NCBI RefSeq assembly: GCF_902459465.1
Contig: NC_047072.1
Location: 14,818,001 to 14,882,000, forward strand
Length of the DNA: 64,000 bases
Origin: Asterias rubens
Lineage: Eukaryota
Direction: 5' to 3'
The translations under genes were made by a program, and so were the position numbers. Shown here piece by piece: positions 59,201 through 64,000 of the stretch. A model generated the notes under the pieces. It made no database searches. It saw only the letters and a program-made list of their open reading frames with translations, and was not told the DNA's origin. Every line of letters starts with the position of its first letter. Positions within the stretch are counted from its first letter, which is position 1.

Positions 59201-62200
59201 CCAATCCCAACAGCAAAACTGACAAGCCAGAGGGGACCAATTTCAGTGTTGAGGTCAACTCCAAGTATTTTGAGACGACCCCAGCAATGTTTGTACCTTC
59301 ACCTTTGACCTTGAAACCCAAATCAGCGGCTGAAATTGTGATGAATGGTCACACTGTGGACACCTCACCTGCAGGTCTTGTTGGTAACAGGGGTGAGTCT
59401 TACAAATTTACATCTCTGTTCCAGACATCTATAAATTATTTGAACTAGACCATTTTCTTCACTTGATGTATTCCATGTACTGAATTCATTAGATAACAAA
59501 CCTGTGAAATTTGGGCTCAATTGGTCAATTAAGTTGCAAGAAAATAATGGCAAAAAGACACCCTTGTTACATAGAATTGTTGGTTTTCAGATGCCTGAGA
59601 AAGGCTTCACACATAAAGCCTGTCTCAGATTCAAATTTGGGGTGAAAAATTACCTCTTTCTCTAAAACTACATTACTTCAGCTCTCTACTGCACTTTACC
59701 AAGTCAAGTTTTTTGTGTTTCATTTACATAAATGGATTTTAAACTATTTATTTACTGCAATTTGTATATTTTGTTGTTATCTAGGAGTGATTCTGGATGA
59801 TGGGACAGTCAGCCTTCCAGTCAGGTTCAGTCCTAAGAGTGCTGGTCACTACCCCTGTCGTGTTGTTCTTCGTTCAGCTAATGATATCCGTGTGTACCTG
59901 ATAGAGTGCACAGTTAATCCAGAAGGAACTGCAGCACAGATTGAGTTCATGGCACCTGTACATCAGTCAGTTTCACAAGAAATACCAATAGTAAGTTCCT
60001 TCTTAAAGGAACACGTTGCTCAGGAACATCGGTCGAGTTGGTCTTTGAAAAGCGTTTGAATCCATTGTTATGAAATGCATATGGTGAGAAAGATATTTTA
60101 AAAGTAGAATACAATGATCCACACAAGTATTACTCGAAATTGCACGGTTTTCCTTTTACGTCACAAACTAACACGGTCGGCCATTTTATGGAGTCAAAAG
60201 TTTTGACTCCATAAAATGGCCGACCATGTTTTTTTCGCGACGTAAAAGGAAAACCATGCAATTTCGAGGCATGTTTGTGTAGATCATTATATTCTGCTTT
60301 TAAATTGTCTAACCATTTGCATTTCGTAAAAAGTGACTTCAAACGCTTTTCAAAGACCAACTCGACCGATCCAAGGCAACGTGTTCCTTTAAATAAAAAA
60401 AATGGAATCAATATTGCTGGTTTCTTGTCAATCATTCGATAGTCGCATGACTGAAACTTTGACACGAGATCATAAAAATAAAACAAAGCCTATAGTTATC
60501 GCTATCTGTACAATTTCATGAACTGAAAGATAGTGAGTCATTCTTTTTGGGGAAGTCCAACAACAAAATATGAATTGAATTGAGGAGCAGTGTTGTTGAT
60601 ATTTTCAATGTTTACCTAATTTCCTTTTGGTGCTTAGTTCATTGCTCAACAAACCTGTGTATATTGTCAGGAGGTCCAGTTACTTTTAGCAATGAAGCCA
60701 CACTCACTAAAACAACCTAAGAAGTATGATTTCACAATTTGCTATATTTCTGTTTGCATTGACCAGGTGAACCAGACTAGTGTGGATTGGCCACTGACAG
60801 CATCCATTGAGGGTCAAGGCTTCTATGGACCTCCCTTCATCCTTGCTAAGGCAATGCAGACCACACAGTTTCCTCTCATGTTCAGACCAGCCTTTGAGTC
60901 ACTTGTCTCTGTAAGTTAATAAACTTGAACACCCAGCAGGGTGGATATGTGCGCATTACAAGTCTTACTTATTATTATTATTATTATTATATTATTTCAA
61001 TCGAGAATAGAAACAAATCATGCTATTTGGCTGTTTGGTGTTTACGGAACAATGTACTTTAAAGTTGCACTTTGATTACTTAGATGTTGATAATGTTGTA
61101 AAAATAATTCTAATTATTTTCTTTTAAACTAATTTGTTATTAGTAATCTCATCGCAGCACCATTGCTTTGTTTCAAAGTCTGCACATATTCTTTTTCTCC
61201 GCAAAACATTTCTAGAAGCTGCTTTAAAATACTTGATTTGCATTATATTTTACCAAGCCTGCTCGACAAGGTGGTCAAACCCACTTCAAGCATGATTACA
61301 TGGTAAGGCTCTGACGTGCACGCTCCACACTCACCTTAACATTGCTTCAAGTCACAGCTGAGACTAAAAGTCTTTATACCCTGCCATGCACTACACAACC
61401 CTCGGCTTATGCACACAGCCATGCATAAACACCTGCTACACATCCAAGGGATTGACGTTTTTATTGATACCCCTCTGGCCTCACAAATCCTTCCCATCCC
61501 ATTCATACATTTCATATGAATCAAACTTTGCCATGGCAACCACATTTGGAACTATCTTTCTTCCTATGTAGGAAGTACATTGAGCTGATCATCCACCATT
61601 GGCCCTCACTTTTCAGCCTTCAATTCAATATTACAAACATGAGCATCTTATTAACATTTGAAATAGAAGAAAGTTTTAGTCATTTTCACAGAGGTGCCAG
61701 GGTTCATTTGTTTTGCATTTTGCATTTTTGTTTAAACTGTTTAAGTCATAGTAAGGGGAATTCAAAAAATTCTTACCCAAGGTGTGTTTAATGCAAAATG
61801 ATGCAGATAGCATTTCATAATTGAAATGAAAAAAGTAAGCAACGCGCTATCACAAACATAACCGTGAGGTTGCGTTGAAGAGACAGTATCGGCTCAAGAC
61901 CAAATCTAGTGGCAATGATCAAGAAAGCAAAATAATTCTAATCTATTATAATATTCTGTACATGTTTATATTTTTGTCACCAGGGAAAATTGGTGTTGAT
62001 GAATGGTGAGGATGGAACGGAACATCATTTCAGACTGAAGGGAGAGGGACAAAAACCTCTTGCATTAGACAATGTGGTTCTGGAATGTGAGGCTCGCAAA
62101 TCGTAAGTACTGCAAGTCAATTCAAAATTATTTTATTTGTGTTTAAATTTTTAATAGGAAACCCTTTTTAAAAATACCAGGTATTATTTAATTTTTGTCT

Positions 62201-63876
62201 AACTTGGAAACTATGTTTTTGTTTCTGTTATCTTGTAGAATGAAACGTGTAATCCGTGTTCCCAATGTAACAGCTCAGAAGCTGACGTACCGTGCTGTTT
62301 CAGACCTCTCTATAGTAAGTGGTACAGTCCCAAGTGTGACTGTTCTACCAGGCAAGGAAGCTGATTACATCATGACAGTATCACCATGGAAGCGTGGCAC
62401 ATTCAGGGGCATCTTGTCTTTCATAGCTGGCGGTACTGATAATCTCAAGTAAGTCATCTTCTTTCCTCATAATGCAGGTTATTATTGGTTTATTTTTATT
62501 TCATCTATATTGATTAAACAGACACTCGCAGTAAAAATACTGAATTGTGGTCTCTAGAAAGGTAGTTGGTACAAGAAAAAGCAGAACACATTAAAATGCA
62601 GATTCAAAACATAACCCCAAAGATAAAAGGGCAAAATAAACAGAATTGCACAAAGACAAATGTTTCACAGAACTGTCCCTAACCAGGTCACTAAAATATT
62701 GCACAATGAAAACAGTTTAAAAACAAGGACAGCAAAATTACAAGGGATGGAATTTATTATTCCTCCTGGGAGGAAGCCAACCACTGTGAATGTTGGAGCA
62801 TGTGTTTGTATGTTTAAAACAAAATCATAGAAAAGTTTATGGTGAGTGGTTGGTATGTTCAGCCTTCTCGAATCATGAAAACTGAGTAAAATGTCTCTTT
62901 TTAACCATTGTCAATTAGGGATGAACCAGCCAATGATAGTGGCAGCACTTCGCGTCCAGAGTCCGGTACACGTCCAACTAGTGGCAAGTCTACAACGAGT
63001 ACAGCATCAGTCCAAGTCCATCAAACCAAGCCGGGTTACCGTGTGTGGTATTCAATAGAGGTACGCTGCAGCCCCCCACCACCTGAGAGAGACATTGATG
63101 TCATCTGTGCTGCTCAGTCAGCTGTTGTAATGGAGGTAGAGATCTTCAATCCAACCATGAATGATCTGATATTTACAACAGTGATTGAAGGGGATGGATT
63201 GAGAGGAGATGAATCAGTCATGTTAACTCCTGCTCAGAAGAAAATGTATCAGTTAGTCTACGCACCAGCAATTGTTGGAAAATCACAAGGAAGGTAAGAT
63301 GCTACTCATAGGAGTCAAAGTATTCATTACCAATTAGAAATTCAATTGTATTTGTGCAATTGTTACCTATAAATATATGTGTTAGGGTAAAACAATATTC
63401 CTAATCCACAATACAAATTAAACATGTATAGTACAACTCAAAAAGCCTCTACTTATGAACAAAATTAACTTGAAAATGTAAATTCAGATACATTACAAAT
63501 GTGGATTACACTTCTATTATAAAAAACTTGCCATACTTCTATATGGTTAAACATATCCATTCCAAAGATTTCAGATCAATTCCATGTCAAATTTTTCTGT
63601 TGTGCATTGATATCAACCAAGCTCATCAAACCAAAATGTGTTTTATCTGTTTCCAGTTTGATATTCCAAAATGAGACTGTTGGTGAGTTCTGGTACACCC
63701 TAAGCCTGACAGCAGAGCCACCTTCCCCTGCAGTCCTTCCTCATATGGACTGTGAGTTGGGTAAATGGAGTCGTCAGTTTATCACCTTGAGTAATCCTAC
63801 TGAGGAGACACTAGAGCTTACCCCTAGCTGCTCCAACACTAATAACTTTACTCTTGAGGTTGAAGGAGAAACCAAG
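35281..63876 (+). CDS. CFAP47: Cilia- and flagella-associated protein 47 (ASH/Ig-like repeats plus CH domain), 5' part; 2772 aa in window, gene continues
   Basis: 39 GT-AG exons with consistent phases: 35281-35430, 37039-37193, 37830-38037, 38687-38733, 39039-39267, 39759-40068, 40218-40646, 41031-41253, 41800-41952, 43050-43153, 43787-43966, 44446-44549, 44735-44847, 45017-45150, 45458-45699, 46064-46186, 46364-46573, 46920-47070, 47442-48017, 48196-48394, 48972-49193, 49782-50065, 50401-50647, 50793-51011, 51303-51528, 51739-51934, 53979-54076, 55752-56003, 56149-56412, 56769-57048, 57687-57944, 58539-58790, 59189-59392, 59785-59990, 60767-60910, 61984-62102, 62239-62448, 62919-63293, 63657-63876. 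Motifs ANFGTVVRNSKV, RQDFALF, KVEVALTGTALPVLL, ALVAYPNDRARSIR and CH-like NFDYDLLDGLVLAAVL...DITDPNPISLLLL match CFAP47 as recalled. Confidence 0.92.
38141..38362. mobile_element. TA-flanked MITE in CFAP47 intron 3
   Basis: Perfect TIR AGCCTTTTTGAGGTATGGCGGAC / GTCCGCCATACCTCAAAAAGGCT with TA on both sides. Confidence 0.8.
39326..39528 (+). mobile_element. Degenerate tRNA-derived SINE
   Basis: A-box-like TGGCCGAGCGGTTAAGAGC, then the SINE-type body motif GTTTCCCTGAGCAAGAT. B-box lost. Confidence 0.55.
40783..40910 (-). mobile_element. 3' tail of a non-LTR retroelement or SINE
   Basis: Minus strand ends GTGCGCTATATAAGAC...(ATT)n, typical of L2/CR1-mobilised tails. Similar tails at ~16480-16530 and 60925-60996. 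Confidence 0.5.
45879..46000. mobile_element. Inverted pair of Penelope-like terminal fragments; 51-bp perfect inverted repeat
   Basis: 45879-45929 is the exact reverse complement of 45950-46000. Each arm carries GAGAAAGACTCTGCTAGGGTCGAAACGTCAGGC. Confidence 0.7.
49334..49586. mobile_element. PIF/Harbinger-like MITE in CFAP47 intron 21
   Basis: Imperfect TIR GGGTGCGTT...GCTTCC.TG.GTC.ACCCCG; ATA on both flanks (3-bp duplication); GC-rich body. Confidence 0.7.
54407..55761 (+). repeat. Minisatellite, 18 x 75 bp, overlapping the 3' splice site of CFAP47 exon 28
   Basis: Unit ATTCACTGAATATTGATCCCAACAGTGTAAACCCTAAAACTGTACATGATTTGATCTACTTGTAGATTAAGACCC; 1355 bp = 18 x 75 + one 5-bp TCTAC duplication in unit 16. 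Confidence 0.98.
58360..58500 (-). mobile_element. tRNA-derived SINE-like repeat, same family as 7207
   Basis: Plus strand GACTGGAGTGGGACTCCAACC...GAGCTATCTAGCCC is the reverse complement of the GGGCTAGATAGCTC... head. Confidence 0.7.
60003..60392. mobile_element. Fully palindromic TTAA-flanked MITE (Kolobok-like termini)
   Basis: TTAA|AGGAACACGTTGC ... GCAACGTGTTCCT|TTAA. The halves are imperfect reverse complements along the whole length, centred on GGCCATTTTATGGAGTCAAAA-G-TTTTGACTCCATAAAATGGCC. Confidence 0.9.
60925..60996 (+). mobile_element. Short retroelement 3' tail with (ATT)n
   Basis: CTTGAACACCCAGCAGGGTGGATATGTGCGCATTACAAGTCTTACTT followed by (ATT)n. Confidence 0.5.
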
Positions 63877-64000
63877 GTGAGTTCTTGTTAATTTTGAAAT
63901 TTGTTTTAACCCTGAGGAGTAATTTGTTTTCCTTCTACAATTAAGAAACACTTTCTTCACCTTTATAATACCTTCAATAACGCTTGATGTTGTAAGGCTG

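Overview
AT-rich, intron-rich animal genomic DNA. The gene set and repeat landscape suggest an invertebrate deuterostome, probably an echinoderm such as a sea star (inference, no database search). Manual splice-site and reading-phase tracing gives five protein-coding genes. DONSON (+, 10 coding exons, 621 aa) lies tail-to-tail with SON (-, 10 exons, 984 aa). MGST3 (+, 5 exons, 140 aa) is divergent from SON. DNAJB13 (-, 6 exons, 315 aa) is head-to-head with CFAP47 (+, 39 exons and 2772 aa inside the window, continuing past the end). Gene names rest on recalled ortholog motifs. Non-coding DNA holds many MITEs, tRNA-derived SINE remnants and two large tandem arrays. The most unusual observations are: (1) an 18 x 75-bp array that copies the 3' splice site of a CFAP47 CH-domain exon, leaving 17 decoy acceptors that each lead to a stop; (2) a 44 x 57-bp array in an MGST3 intron built from a transposon left end, which explains the three ~850-aa ORFs in the track; (3) SON-DONSON linkage apparently conserved outside vertebrates; (4) a U12-type intron in DONSON and a GC-AG intron in SON; (5) a short bidirectional promoter shared by two motile-cilia genes; (6) a Penelope-like hairpin carrying degenerate hammerhead motifs; (7) two candidate in-frame CFAP47 microexons. 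No intact tRNA, rRNA, CRISPR array or autonomous transposase ORF was seen.
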